This document shows, piece after piece, positions 8,336-17,870 of a stretch of 64,000 nt of DNA. The stretch is from Nitrososphaerota archaeon (GTDB lineage: Archaea; Thermoproteota; Nitrososphaeria; PSMU01). The stretch's first letter is position 1; each line of letters opens with the position of its first letter. The position numbers and the translations under genes are program-made. The notes under the pieces were generated by a model. That model searched no databases. It worked only from the letters and a program-made list of their open reading frames with translations, and was not told the DNA's origin. The stretch spans positions 1 through 64,000 of the forward strand of contig PSMU01000001.1 in NCBI GenBank assembly GCA_040290255.1. The letters are read 5' to 3'.

Positions 8336-9421
8336 ATGAAGCCGAGGGCAGCCGTCTATGGGCTCTCGAAGGAGGGGTTGAGCCTCGCTGCGAGGTTAAG
8401 GTCCGTGGGATATGAGGTCTACCTCATAGATGAAGTGCTGCAGGCCTCCCTGAGCCCTTCGGCCATCCCATCGTTTGAGGAGCTGGTGAAGGAGGAGGCC
8501 CTTGCCCCCCTGGCCAGCATGAGCGCGGCCCTGCAGGCCTCCGAGCTGCTGATCTTCGCCCCCCGGCTAAAGGGCGAGCTGCCCTCGGATTACGTAAAGC
8601 AGGCGCTCAGGAATATCTCGCGCTACATGAGGAAGGGGACCGTGCTCGTGGCCCTTTGCCCTCTGCCCTTTGGCATCGTGGCCGAGCTCGTCGAGCTGAT
8701 CCAGGCCTTCTCGGGCCTGAGCGGCGGCAAGGAGTTCAGCCTCTGCTATATGCCCAACCCGCACATCATAGGCATCAGCGCCGGGGCCGAGAAGGGAATG
8801 GCGGGCCTGATAAGGGCGCTCGGCCTGCGCCGCGAGGCGGCCTGCTCGCTTCAGGAGGCGGAGTTGCTCTACGTAAAGCTTCTGATCGACCGCCTTAGCG
8901 ATGTGGCCAGCGCCATAGAGCTCGGAAGAAGGGGGGTCCGAAGCAGGAGAACGGTCTTCCTGGATGAGTTCGTCGAGGAGGTCTATGACCTTCAGGTGGT
9001 GGTATCCTCGCTGGAGGGGAGCGATCACCTGAAGCAGCTCTCCTCCCCCATCCTCCGGATCATGAGGGCCTATACGAAGTACCTGCACGAAAGGATAAGG
9101 CTCACGGCAAAGGAGAAGGGCATGAGGCTGGGCGCGCTCACGCTGTATTTAGTCTGGAACACGGAGCAGAACTCGGTGAGGCCGGCTAAGGCGCTGGCCC
9201 TTGCGGACCTGACGGCCAAGATGCGCGAAAGCTTTGGCGAGGTTCGGCATGTCAAGGGCGTTGATAGGCTGCCCGCCGTGGAGCAGAACTACTTCGCCAT
9301 CGTCTGCGACAGGGCAAGCCTACAGGAAGGCCTTAAGAGAGGCGTCGCGACGCCCTTTGGCTTGGCCGATTCGGCCTTCAGCTGGGTTGAGGGGGGTACG
9401 CCTTGGTTAAAATCGCGGTAA
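8336..9421 (+). CDS. Degenerate UDP-glucose/GDP-mannose dehydrogenase-like protein
   Basis: Rossmann-like start (AVYGLSKEG), KGTVLVALCPLPFG, SGLSGGKEFSLCYMP and EAELL resemble UDPG_MGDP_dh; ATG 8336 follows a TATA-like element. Confidence 0.65.
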   Translation: MKPRAAVYGLSKEGLSLAARLRSVGYEVYLIDEVLQASLSPSAIPSFEELVKEEALAPLASMSAALQASELLIFAPRLKGELPSDYVKQALRNISRYMRKGTVLVALCPLPFGIVAELVELIQAFSGLSGGKEFSLCYMPNPHIIGISAGAEKGMAGLIRALGLRREAACSLQEAELLYVKLLIDRLSDVASAIELGRRGVRSRRTVFLDEFVEEVYDLQVVVSSLEGSDHLKQLSSPILRIMRAYTKYLHERIRLTAKEKGMRLGALTLYLVWNTEQNSVRPAKALALADLTAKMRESFGEVRHVKGVDRLPAVEQNYFAIVCDRASLQEGLKRGVATPFGLADSAFSWVEGGTPWLKSR

Positions 9422-10335
9422 TAGGAGTAGGGGGCTGGGGTAAGAACCACGCCAGGGCGCTTCATGAGCTGGGGGCGTTGGGCGCGGTATGCGACATCGA
9501 CCCGCAAAGGGCGGACCTCTATTCCAAGCTCTACTCGGTTCCCGGCTATACGGACTTTGAAGCCCTGCTGGCCGAGGCCAGACCCGATGGAGTCGTGGTG
9601 GCCACTCCTCCCGCCACGCATTACGAGCTCGGCCTCAAGCTCATAGAGAGGGGCATCCCTCTGTTGCTCGAGAAGCCTATGGCCCTGACCGCTAAAGAAG
9701 CCAGGCAGCTGGCCACAAGGGCCGAGCAGAGGGGCGTCACGATGCTCGTGGGCTACATAGAGAGGTATAATCCCGCCGTGGCTTATGTAAAGCAGCTGAT
9801 CAAGGAGGGGAGGCTGGGGAAGCTTCAGGCGCTTGAGCTGCACAGAGAGAACAGGAGGCCCCCGCAGGCTAGGAACGTCGGCATCATCATAGATACCAGC
9901 GTGCATGACATAGATACGGCGCGCTGGCTCTGGGGCTCCGAACCCAGGTGGGTCTACTGCACGCAGCTATCGATCATGGGCGAGCGGGAGGACTTTGCCG
10001 TCATCAACCTGCGCTTTCAGGATGGGGTGGCCGTGCTCTTCTCGAACTGGGTTACGCCCACCAGGAAGAGGTACTGCGTGGCCATCTTCACCGAAGGTAT
10101 CGTCAGCTTTGACTTCATAACCCAGGAGGTAAGGATAGAGCACCAAGAAGCAGCCACCATTCCGCGCAACGAATTCAAGGACGTGCTGCAGGCCGAGCTG
10201 AGCCACTTCATCGCCTGCATAGAGGGCCGCGAGAGGCCTCTCGTGGGCCCTTGGGACGGCGTGGCCGTCAACGAGATAGCGGAGGCGGCGATGCTCTCCT
10301 CGAGGTTTAATACCCCCGTTTACCTCAAGGGCTAG
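9403..10335 (+). CDS. Gfo/Idh/MocA oxidoreductase (WbpB-like nucleotide-sugar 3-dehydrogenase)
   Basis: IGVGGWGKNH, EKPMA, GYIERYNPAV, DTSVHDID. Confidence 0.9.
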   Translation: MVKIAVIGVGGWGKNHARALHELGALGAVCDIDPQRADLYSKLYSVPGYTDFEALLAEARPDGVVVATPPATHYELGLKLIERGIPLLLEKPMALTAKEARQLATRAEQRGVTMLVGYIERYNPAVAYVKQLIKEGRLGKLQALELHRENRRPPQARNVGIIIDTSVHDIDTARWLWGSEPRWVYCTQLSIMGEREDFAVINLRFQDGVAVLFSNWVTPTRKRYCVAIFTEGIVSFDFITQEVRIEHQEAATIPRNEFKDVLQAELSHFIACIEGRERPLVGPWDGVAVNEIAEAAMLSSRFNTPVYLKG

Positions 10336-10338
10336 CAT

Positions 10339-10821
10339 ATGCTGCCCTTGCGCTACTTGGGCCGCAACGTGAGGCTGGGGAAGAATGTGAGGATCTGGCA
10401 CTTTTCGTACATAGGCGATGAAACGGAAATAGGCGATGATGTCGTGATAGGCTCGCTCTGCCACATAGACCGCGAGGTGAGGATAGGGGCAGGGACCAGA
10501 ATCCAGGGTATGGTCTACATACCCCCGAAGACCGTCATCGGCAGGAACGTCTTCATAGGCCCCGGCGTGGTCTTCACTAATGACAGGTACCCGCCCAGCA
10601 GGAGGTTGGCGGGCGCCATCGTCGAGGATGGGGCCATCATCGGGGGCGGGGCGCTCATCTTGGCTGGGGTCAGGATAGGCGCCGGCAGCGTGATAGGGCT
10701 CGGCAGCGTGGTGATAAGGGACGTGAAGCCGGGCATGGTGGTGGCGGGCGCGCCGGCCCGCCCGCTCTACGATAGGGCCGCCTACGAGGAGAAGAAGAGG
10801 CTCTGGGAGGCTAGCGCTTAA
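10339..10821 (+). CDS. Hexapeptide-repeat N-acetyltransferase (WbpD-like)
   Basis: LbH repeats, FIGPGVVFTNDRYP, VAGAPAR. Confidence 0.9.
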   Translation: MLPLRYLGRNVRLGKNVRIWHFSYIGDETEIGDDVVIGSLCHIDREVRIGAGTRIQGMVYIPPKTVIGRNVFIGPGVVFTNDRYPPSRRLAGAIVEDGAIIGGGALILAGVRIGAGSVIGLGSVVIRDVKPGMVVAGAPARPLYDRAAYEEKKRLWEASA

Positions 10822-11035
10822 GGTACCTCCTGACATACATGTCCCTGAGCTTCCTGAAGAGCTGCAGCCAGAGCAGGGCCAGGCCAGCGGAGAGCAGCAC
10901 CTTAGCGGCATCGTTCAGGAAGGGGTGCGGTACCTGTAGCCTAACGACCAGCGCGAAGATCACGGCGGAGCCCAGCAGGATCAGCGCCCATGCCGCGGTG
11001 AAGATGGCCAGCAGGTGGGCTAGGCTTCTTCTCAT
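10811..11035 (-). CDS. Small two-TM membrane protein
   Basis: Two hydrophobic helices; starts 2 nt after the aglH-like stop. Confidence 0.7.
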   Translation of the reverse strand: MRRSLAHLLAIFTAAWALILLGSAVIFALVVRLQVPHPFLNDAAKVLLSAGLALLWLQLFRKLRDMYVRRYLKR

Positions 11036-11037
11036 GC

Positions 11038-12021
11038 CTAGGGCGTCACGAGCCCCGTGAAAAGGGCCAGCAGGGAGGTATAGGCGGCAATGAGCAAGAT
11101 GGTTCTCGCCCCCTCCCTTTCGCTCATGGGCCCCTCCACGAGTATTAGCCTCAGCAGGGTTAATGGAGCCTTGGCATCCTTGGAGCTGTACAGAAGGCCC
11201 TCCTTCACCTCAACGGGCCTCTCCTTTACCTTGCTGTGCTCCAGGAATCCTCTCACGCTGAACAGGTAGAAGAAGGTATTGAAGATGGCCGGCAGCAGGG
11301 CTACTATCCCTACGATCTCCGCCTGGCCTATTATGGCCAAGGCCCCGTAGGCCGCGCCGAGGGCTAATGCCCCGCTGTCCCCCGGGAAGATGCGTGAAGG
11401 ATATCTGTGGTAGGCATAGAAGGCCAAGGAGCATGATAGTAACAGGAGCGCCGCCAGCGTAGCCTCAAGGTCCCCCCTTAGCAGGAAGAAGGCGAGCAGG
11501 GGTAAGGTGACGATGGCCGAGAACAGGCTCACGACGCCGTTCAGCACGTCCAGGGCGTTGAAGGCGTTAGAGGTAACCGTCATGGCGATCGGCACTAGGA
11601 GCGGATAGACTATGCTCAGCCTTACCCGACCGAAGAAGGGGAAGTGAGGGTGTGGCGAATAGGCCCCCAGCGCGAGCAGGGGGACCCCTGAAAGGAGGAG
11701 CAGCAGCGGCTTCGTCCTCCCGCCCAGCTTTATGAAGTCATCGACGAGCCCTATAAGGCCCGCCACGACCGATGAGAGCAAGAACGCCAGGATCCGGCCA
11801 TCGAAGGTAGCCAGCAGGATGAGCGAACCACCGAGCAGGCCGGCCATAATGGCGGGCCCGCCCGGCCTGGGTACGTAGACCTCTTCCCTTTTGTGGTAGT
11901 CCCTTACCACGAGCCCCCTTTTCTTGAGAAGAGGGATGAGCAGCCTAGTCACCGTGAGCGTGATGGCGGAGGAGGTCAGCAGCGCGAGCGCCGCGTACAG
12001 CGTTTCACCCGAGATGGGCAT
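11038..12021 (-). CDS. aglH: UDP-GlcNAc:dolichyl-phosphate GlcNAc-1-phosphotransferase (GPT/MraY family)
   Basis: DYHK..VPRPGG, GLVDD, NAFNALDVLNG, IFPGDSG; multiple TM helices. Confidence 0.88.
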   Translation of the reverse strand: MPISGETLYAALALLTSSAITLTVTRLLIPLLKKRGLVVRDYHKREEVYVPRPGGPAIMAGLLGGSLILLATFDGRILAFLLSSVVAGLIGLVDDFIKLGGRTKPLLLLLSGVPLLALGAYSPHPHFPFFGRVRLSIVYPLLVPIAMTVTSNAFNALDVLNGVVSLFSAIVTLPLLAFFLLRGDLEATLAALLLLSCSLAFYAYHRYPSRIFPGDSGALALGAAYGALAIIGQAEIVGIVALLPAIFNTFFYLFSVRGFLEHSKVKERPVEVKEGLLYSSKDAKAPLTLLRLILVEGPMSEREGARTILLIAAYTSLLALFTGLVTP

Positions 12022-12035
12022 GGCAGCCCCTTTAT

Positions 12036-12503
12036 GTGCCCCTCTTATTCCTTTGCGCCCAACCCCGCAGCCAGGACAAGCAAGCTTTTAAGGAAGGAGA
12101 CCAGCCACGCGCCGCGGCCTTGAACGAGGAGCTCGAGGAGTTTCTGCTACATTTCGTCGAGTACCTTAACCAAGTCGGCGAAAGGGGCTTCGCCGTCGTC
12201 GTGGAGGGCAAAAGGGACAAGCAGGCGCTTGAGCGCCTGGGTGTGCATGTCCCGATCCTCACGAAGGCCTCCTGCGGCAGCATGGGCACCCTTCTAGAGC
12301 AGCTCTTGCATTATAGGGGGTTCATTCCGCTCTTTGACCTGGATAGCGAGGGGCAGAGGCTGACCAGGCAGCTCTGTGGGCTGGCCTCGAAGAGGGGGAT
12401 AAGGGCTGAGCTCGGCCCCAGGAGCATGCTCCTGGACAGGGCCAAACACCTGCCCGCCACGATACAGGGCCTCCAAAGGCTTGGGCCCCGAGGGAGGCTA
12501 TAA
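12036..12503 (+). CDS. Small TOPRIM-domain protein (start uncertain, possibly TTG 12120)
   Basis: VVVEGKRDKQAL and FDLDSEG TOPRIM motifs. Confidence 0.82.
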   Translation: MPLLFLCAQPRSQDKQAFKEGDQPRAAALNEELEEFLLHFVEYLNQVGERGFAVVVEGKRDKQALERLGVHVPILTKASCGSMGTLLEQLLHYRGFIPLFDLDSEGQRLTRQLCGLASKRGIRAELGPRSMLLDRAKHLPATIQGLQRLGPRGRL

Positions 12504-12539
12504 ACTAAAACTTAATAGGCCCACGTAGGACGTCCTGAC

Positions 12540-13694
12540 ATGCCGGAATCGGTAGCGACTAAATACCTAATCAAGATGAAGTTTGAGGTAGACGGGACGG
12601 TAGAAAAGCCCGACGTGATAGGTGCCCTCTTCGGCCAGACCGAAGGCCTCTTGGGCCCCGAGCTGAACCTGAGCGAGCTACAGCGCTCCTACCGCGTGGG
12701 CAGGATAGAGATAGAGCTGGAGAAGAGGGGAACGAAGACCGTGGGGGAGGTGGTCATACCCATGTCCACGGACATAGCCACCGCGGCCCTAATAGCGGCC
12801 ACGATAGAGACGGTGGAGAAGGTGGGTCCCTTCTCCTCAAGGTTTTCGCTGCTCTCCATAGAGGACGTCAGGGCCGTGAAGCGCAAGCTGATCATAGAGA
12901 GGGCCAAAAGCATCGTGAAGGACTGGGCGATTCAGGCCTCAAGCGATGTCGAGGACCTGCTCAAGGAAGTAAGCGAGTCCATGAGGAGGGCTAAGCCCAT
13001 CGCGCTGGGCAGGGAGGAGATCTCAGCAGGCCCGGGAATCTACGCGAGCGATACCATCTTTCTGGTTGAGGGCAGGGCGGACGTGATCGCCCTGCTGAGG
13101 GCGGGCATCGATAACGTCGTGGCCATCGAGGGCAGCCGGCTACAGGAGACGGTGGGCAAGCTTCCCCCCGGCAAAAAGCTGGTGGCCTTCCTCGACGGCG
13201 ACCGTGCAGGCGACCTAATCCTCAAGGAGCTTCAGCAGGCGGTGCACCTAAGCGGCGTCGTTAGGGCGCCCGAGGGCAGGGAGGTCGAGGACCTGACCCC
13301 CAAGGAGATAAGGGAGCTGCTGGCCGCCTACCTGCCCGAGAGGGTAGCCAAGGAGGCCCCTGAGGAGGCACCCGCCAAGGCCCAGGAGGTCCCCATACCC
13401 CTGGAGAGGCTAAGGCAACTTCATCAGGAGCTGGACGGAACGCTCGAGGCCGTCCTCCTCGATGAGGGCTATAACGTGCTGGCCAAGTGCTCGGTCAGCG
13501 AGCTCGTGCAGCGCCTCCAGGCGACGAGCGGCGTAAAACATGTGATCTTCGATGGCGTCATCACTCAGAGGCTCGTGGACCTAGCCTCCTCCCAGGGCGT
13601 TGAGAGCCTTATAGGGCAAAGGGTGGGTGAGCTGGACAAGAAGCCAGCTACGGTCAGGATAACGACGTTCAAGGAGCTAGGCGTTAAGCCCTAG
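12540..13694 (+). CDS. dnaG: Archaeal DnaG (exosome-associated primase-like protein)
   Basis: VEKPDVIGALFGQTEGLLG, VEGRADV, FLDGDRAG, FDGVITQRL. Confidence 0.96.
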   Translation: MPESVATKYLIKMKFEVDGTVEKPDVIGALFGQTEGLLGPELNLSELQRSYRVGRIEIELEKRGTKTVGEVVIPMSTDIATAALIAATIETVEKVGPFSSRFSLLSIEDVRAVKRKLIIERAKSIVKDWAIQASSDVEDLLKEVSESMRRAKPIALGREEISAGPGIYASDTIFLVEGRADVIALLRAGIDNVVAIEGSRLQETVGKLPPGKKLVAFLDGDRAGDLILKELQQAVHLSGVVRAPEGREVEDLTPKEIRELLAAYLPERVAKEAPEEAPAKAQEVPIPLERLRQLHQELDGTLEAVLLDEGYNVLAKCSVSELVQRLQATSGVKHVIFDGVITQRLVDLASSQGVESLIGQRVGELDKKPATVRITTFKELGVKP

Positions 13695-13842
13695 CGCCAA
13701 GGTAGGCCAGCGGCACGAGCAGCAGGGCGGCGAGGCCCAGCAGGGCCAAGAGCCCCTGAGCCGAGATGTGGAGCAGCCCCTCGAGCCTAGCGAGCTGTAG
13801 CCCCGGGAATACGGCCGGCAGCGGCGCATAGGGCGCTAACAT
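13684..13842 (-). CDS. Putative 52-aa tail-anchored membrane protein, not in ORF track
   Basis: ATG..TAA reads MLAPYAPLPAVFPGLQLARLEGLLHISAQGLLALLGLAALLLVPLAYLGARA; TTAAAA about 25 nt upstream. Confidence 0.55.
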   Translation of the reverse strand: MLAPYAPLPAVFPGLQLARLEGLLHISAQGLLALLGLAALLLVPLAYLGARA

Positions 13843-13885
13843 TGAAGTTCTAGCAGGTCAAGCTTTTAAGAGCCCACGGCCGCCC

Positions 13886-15091
13886 GTGGCGGTGCCCAAC
13901 CTGGCGCTCTCATTGGGCCTACTGCTGCTCGCCTGGCTGGCGCTTTATCTCTTGACAAGGAGGCTTGGCCTCGAAAGGAAGGGCATCTATACCTACCCCC
14001 TGGTGGTCCTATACCGCTATGCTAAGTCTGATGCGCTCTTCGCCAGGCTAATTCGGTGGCCGCGGGCCCTGCGCGCCTTTGGCCAGGTATCCGTGCTCGT
14101 GGGCTTCGGGCTGATGGCCTATGCGCTCTGGTTCTTGGCCACCAACCTGATGAAGCATATCAGCGCCGCAAGCGGCTTCGAGCCGCTCACCATACTTATC
14201 CCAGGCGTAACGATCACCAGCCCCGAGATCATAGCCTACTTCCTCATCTCGCTGCCGGTCATCTTGGTCGTGCATGAAGGAGCGCATGGCCTGCTGGCAA
14301 AGCTCGAGGGCCTTAGGATAAAGGCGGCCGGCGTGGGCCTCGCCTTCATCTTTCCGCTCGGCTTCGTCGAGCCCGATGAGCAGGAGTTCCAGCGCGCGAG
14401 CATGGGCGTCAAGCTCAGGATAGTGGCCGCGGGCTGCGCGGCCAACATAGCCCTGGCGCTGGCCCTTACGCCCCTGGTGCTGGGGCTGGCCACCAGCACC
14501 TCGCAGCCCTCCATCGCGCCCATATTGCCCGAGGGCCTGCGCGATGGGCTCTTTCGCCCTAAGGGCGTGCTGGTGCTCGACCTTAACAGAAGCATGGGGG
14601 CGGGCGCCGCCGGCGTTATGCCAGGGGACGTTTTAACCTCGATAAATGGGCATCAGGTGCTCAGCTCGGGCGAGCTCATCAGCACGCTAAGGGCGCTGCA
14701 CTTAAGGCCAGGCCAGCAGGTGCAGCTCTCTTTCATCAGGCTGGGCAGGAACTACAGCCTCACAATGGCCGCGGCCGCGGATCCCATGAATAGCTCCAGG
14801 GGCGTCCTGGGGCTCTACAGATTTGCCGACTACTATGAGCCGCTGCTGTATACGCTCTACCTCCCGCCCTATTATGCGGGGCTCCTGTTCTGGGTCTGGT
14901 TCCTCAGCCTCATGGTGGGCCTCTTCAACATGCTGCCGCTGAAGCCCCTCGACGGCCATGCCCTCATATCCGCTCCCCTCCAATCCCTTGGAGTAAAGTT
15001 CAAGAGGGCGGCCGAGTTCTCGCTCAGCGCCCTCTCGTTGGCGCTTTTGGCGGCCAACCTGGCCGTCAGCTACCTCTTCTACCTGGGCTGA
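13886..15091 (+). CDS. Site-2 protease (M50) with PDZ domain
   Basis: HEGAH, FVEPDE, NMLPLKPLDG, PDZ motif GDVLTSING. Confidence 0.93.
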   Translation: MAVPNLALSLGLLLLAWLALYLLTRRLGLERKGIYTYPLVVLYRYAKSDALFARLIRWPRALRAFGQVSVLVGFGLMAYALWFLATNLMKHISAASGFEPLTILIPGVTITSPEIIAYFLISLPVILVVHEGAHGLLAKLEGLRIKAAGVGLAFIFPLGFVEPDEQEFQRASMGVKLRIVAAGCAANIALALALTPLVLGLATSTSQPSIAPILPEGLRDGLFRPKGVLVLDLNRSMGAGAAGVMPGDVLTSINGHQVLSSGELISTLRALHLRPGQQVQLSFIRLGRNYSLTMAAAADPMNSSRGVLGLYRFADYYEPLLYTLYLPPYYAGLLFWVWFLSLMVGLFNMLPLKPLDGHALISAPLQSLGVKFKRAAEFSLSALSLALLAANLAVSYLFYLG

Positions 15092-15096
15092 GGGCC

Positions 15097-15897
15097 TTGG
15101 CCGACTGGCTCGAAGTGCTCGAAGCCGCCTGCCGACTCGCGCACGGCAGGCTCACGGAAGCGCTGAGGCGAAGCGACGCCGCGGAAAGGATGGGCAGGGG
15201 CGCGGGCGGGGACGTGAGCTTTAGGGCGGACATCATCGCCGAGCAGGCCGTGCTCGAGGCGATAAGGGCCTCGGGCAAAAGCTGTAGGCTCATCATGGAG
15301 GAGGCGGGCTTGGTGGACCTAGGCGGCGGGCCATGGGTCGTGGTGGACGCCCTAGATGGCTCCAGGAACGCGGTAAAGGGGCTGGGGCACTATGCCACCT
15401 CCTTGGCGCTGGCCAACGAGCCGAGGCTGGAGGACGTAGAGCTGGGCTTCGTGCTGGAGCATCTCACGGGCAGGACCTATTACGCCATTAGGGGAGAAGG
15501 TGCCTTCGAGGGCGCCAGGAGGCTCAGCGCAAGGGGCTCGAAGTCGCTCCAAGAAGCCATCATAGGGCTCGACCTCTGCTCGGTAAGCGAGCCGATATAT
15601 CGACGGCTGGAACCAGTGGCCACGGGCGCGCTGGCCGTTAGGCATCTCGGCTCAAATGCCTATGAGCTCTGCCTTGTCGCCCGCGGTGCGCTCGACGCCC
15701 ATGTGGACATAAGGCGAAGGATTAGGCCGCTGGACATAGCGGCGGGCGCGCTCATCGTCATGGAGGCAGGAGGGAGGGTAGGGGATGAAAGGGGGCTTCC
15801 GCTGACCGGCGACCTTAATCCGAGCTCGAGATTAAACCTAATCGCCTCGGCCGAGGAGGAACTCTTTCAGGAGCTCGTGGCGCTCCTATCGCGCTAG
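15097..15897 (+). CDS. suhB: Inositol monophosphatase / FBPase (SuhB family)
   Basis: GAGGD..ADIIAE, VDALDGSRN, DIAAGALIVMEAGG. Confidence 0.9.
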   Translation: MADWLEVLEAACRLAHGRLTEALRRSDAAERMGRGAGGDVSFRADIIAEQAVLEAIRASGKSCRLIMEEAGLVDLGGGPWVVVDALDGSRNAVKGLGHYATSLALANEPRLEDVELGFVLEHLTGRTYYAIRGEGAFEGARRLSARGSKSLQEAIIGLDLCSVSEPIYRRLEPVATGALAVRHLGSNAYELCLVARGALDAHVDIRRRIRPLDIAAGALIVMEAGGRVGDERGLPLTGDLNPSSRLNLIASAEEELFQELVALLSR

Positions 15898-16445
15898 CCC
15901 CTGGCCTGCTTGGATCGGCCGAAGCCGCCGAGCAGCAAGTATATGATTATCAGCAGGTAGCCGAGGTTGGGCAAGAGGGCGGCCCTTGGGTACGAGTAAA
16001 AGGTGAAGAAGCCGAGGTTCTTTATGTTGAGCCTGACCAGGCCTATGTAATCTGAGCTCGTCACCACCCAAGGGTCCGGGGCGGCGTTGTTATCTCCCTT
16101 GGTCCTGAGCCCCCCGCCCTCGATCCCCACCACCCTGTGCACGATCACCTCCTCTGGACACTGGCCCCCGGGCAGAACGCAGGGCTTCCTGAAGACTATG
16201 ATGTCGCCCACCTTCACCGAGGAGAAGGGAGCGAGCTGCTTCCCGCTTATGATTATAAGGTCCGGAAAGGACCAGTAGGGGCCGCCGTGAAGGGTGGGCT
16301 CCATGCTTCCCGAGGCCACCACGTAGATGGAGATGGGCTCCGAGACGCCCAGCGCCGCCGCGCCCCTGACGAAAAGCAGCAGGCCCACCAGCACGAGCAG
16401 CGCGAGCCAGCCAAAACCTCCTAGCTTTGCCAACCCTCGCGCCAA
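15894..16445 (-). CDS. sec11: Signal peptidase I (Sec11 type)
   Basis: VASGSMEPTL, GDIIVF, IVHRV, TKGDNN..D. Confidence 0.93.
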   Translation of the reverse strand: MARGLAKLGGFGWLALLVLVGLLLFVRGAAALGVSEPISIYVVASGSMEPTLHGGPYWSFPDLIIISGKQLAPFSSVKVGDIIVFRKPCVLPGGQCPEEVIVHRVVGIEGGGLRTKGDNNAAPDPWVVTSSDYIGLVRLNIKNLGFFTFYSYPRAALLPNLGYLLIIIYLLLGGFGRSKQARG

Positions 16446-16450
16446 GACTC

Positions 16451-16466
16451 AATAAACCTTTTTAAA
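16451..16466. promoter_or_regulatory. BRE/TATA element between divergent sec11 and tbp
   Basis: AATAAACCTTTTTAAA in a 43-nt gap, about 25 nt upstream of the tbp ATG. Confidence 0.6.
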
Positions 16467-16488
16467 GGGTTGCGCATATTCACTTCGA

Positions 16489-17046
16489 ATGCCCAAGACA
16501 AAGCCAATAATCTCCATCGAGAACGTCGTCGCCTCCGTCACGCTCAACCAGCCGATCGACTTGGATGAGATAACGCGCCGCTTCTTGGACGTCGAATACC
16601 ACCCTGAGCAATTTCCCGGCCTGGTCTTCAGGCTAAAGACGCCCAAGACCGCTACGCTAATCTTCTCGTCGGGCAAGATGGTCTGCACGGGGGCCAAGAG
16701 CGAGGAGCAGGCCTATAAGGCCGTGCATGCCGTCATCGACCGGCTCAAGAAGGAGGGCATAAACATCTACAACGAGCCCATAATAGAGATTCAGAACATC
16801 GTCGCCTCCGCCAGCCTGGGCGGGAGGGTGAACTTGGAGAAGACGGCCAGGACCCTGCCCCGCTCCATGTACGAGCCTGAACAGTTCCCCGGGCTCATTC
16901 ATAGGATGAGCGACCCCAAGACCGTCATCCTGCTCTTCGCCTCCGGGAAGCTAGTCTGCACGGGAGCTAAGAAGGAGAGCGACGTCTACAGGGCCGTGAA
17001 CAACCTTCACGCCGCGCTGGAGGCCAAGGAGCTCATCATTTACTAG
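16489..17046 (+). CDS. tbp: TATA-box binding protein
   Basis: Two repeats NVVAS..YHPEQFPGL..LIFSSGKMVCTGAK. Confidence 0.98.
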   Translation: MPKTKPIISIENVVASVTLNQPIDLDEITRRFLDVEYHPEQFPGLVFRLKTPKTATLIFSSGKMVCTGAKSEEQAYKAVHAVIDRLKKEGINIYNEPIIEIQNIVASASLGGRVNLEKTARTLPRSMYEPEQFPGLIHRMSDPKTVILLFASGKLVCTGAKKESDVYRAVNNLHAALEAKELIIY

Positions 17047-17047
17047 C

Positions 17048-17860
17048 CTAGCCCTGAATCCTCCTAAGATCTAGGACAAACTCGTAAAGACGCGGCCCTA
17101 TCTCCCTGACCCTCCTCCAGCGCTCTACGGCCAAGGGCCGCCCGGGGCCTAGCTCCTGAAGCACGGACTCGGGGTTCCTGCCGAAGCGATAGTAGTGTAA
17201 GTAAGCCCCCGGCCGAGCGGCGGCGAGCGCCACGTCTATAAAGCCGTAAGAGGCCTCGGGATAAGGCATCAGTACCCTGTCAAAGGTGAGCGCCAAGGAG
17301 GGCACAATACGGGCAGCGTCGCCCAAGAGGGCCACGACGCGCCCCTCCACCTTGTTGAGCCTTATGTTCCTCGTCAAGAGCTCATAGGCGCTGGGGTTCG
17401 CTTCTATGCTGTAGACCTTGACGGAGGGCCTCCTCTTGGCTATGAGGATGGAAAAGGGCCCCACGCCGGCGAACATGTTCAGCACTCGCTCACCCTCGCG
17501 CACCAGCGAGGCAACCCTATCCCTCTCCGCGGCCAACCTAGGCGAGAAGAAGGCCGCCTGGACGTCCACGTAGTAGGAGCAGCCGTACTCCCTGTGCAGC
17601 GTAAGCGTGCGCCTCTCGCCGGCGATGTGTTCCAGCGCCCTTATCCTGTACTCGCCGCTGACGGCGCCCAGCTGCCGGTAGACCGCCTTAACGTGCTTGA
17701 GATGCCGAAGCAGCGCTTCGCCTATGAGCGCCTTTTTATCCTCCAGCTCCCTGGGCACCTTTATGATCGCTATGTCCCCTATTATATCCATCGCCGAGAT
17801 CACGTGCACGGCCCGCTCGCCCAGCTCGCTGGCGAGCACGCGCTTAAGGAACCTCGCCAA
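17048..17860 (-). CDS. Trm5/Tyw2-family tRNA methyltransferase
   Basis: DIIGDIAII, FFSPRL..ER, NMFAGVGPFSI, DRVLMPYP; lacks the N-terminal D1 domain. Confidence 0.9.
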   Translation of the reverse strand: MARFLKRVLASELGERAVHVISAMDIIGDIAIIKVPRELEDKKALIGEALLRHLKHVKAVYRQLGAVSGEYRIRALEHIAGERRTLTLHREYGCSYYVDVQAAFFSPRLAAERDRVASLVREGERVLNMFAGVGPFSILIAKRRPSVKVYSIEANPSAYELLTRNIRLNKVEGRVVALLGDAARIVPSLALTFDRVLMPYPEASYGFIDVALAAARPGAYLHYYRFGRNPESVLQELGPGRPLAVERWRRVREIGPRLYEFVLDLRRIQG

Positions 17861-17870
17861 CCCTTCGCCT

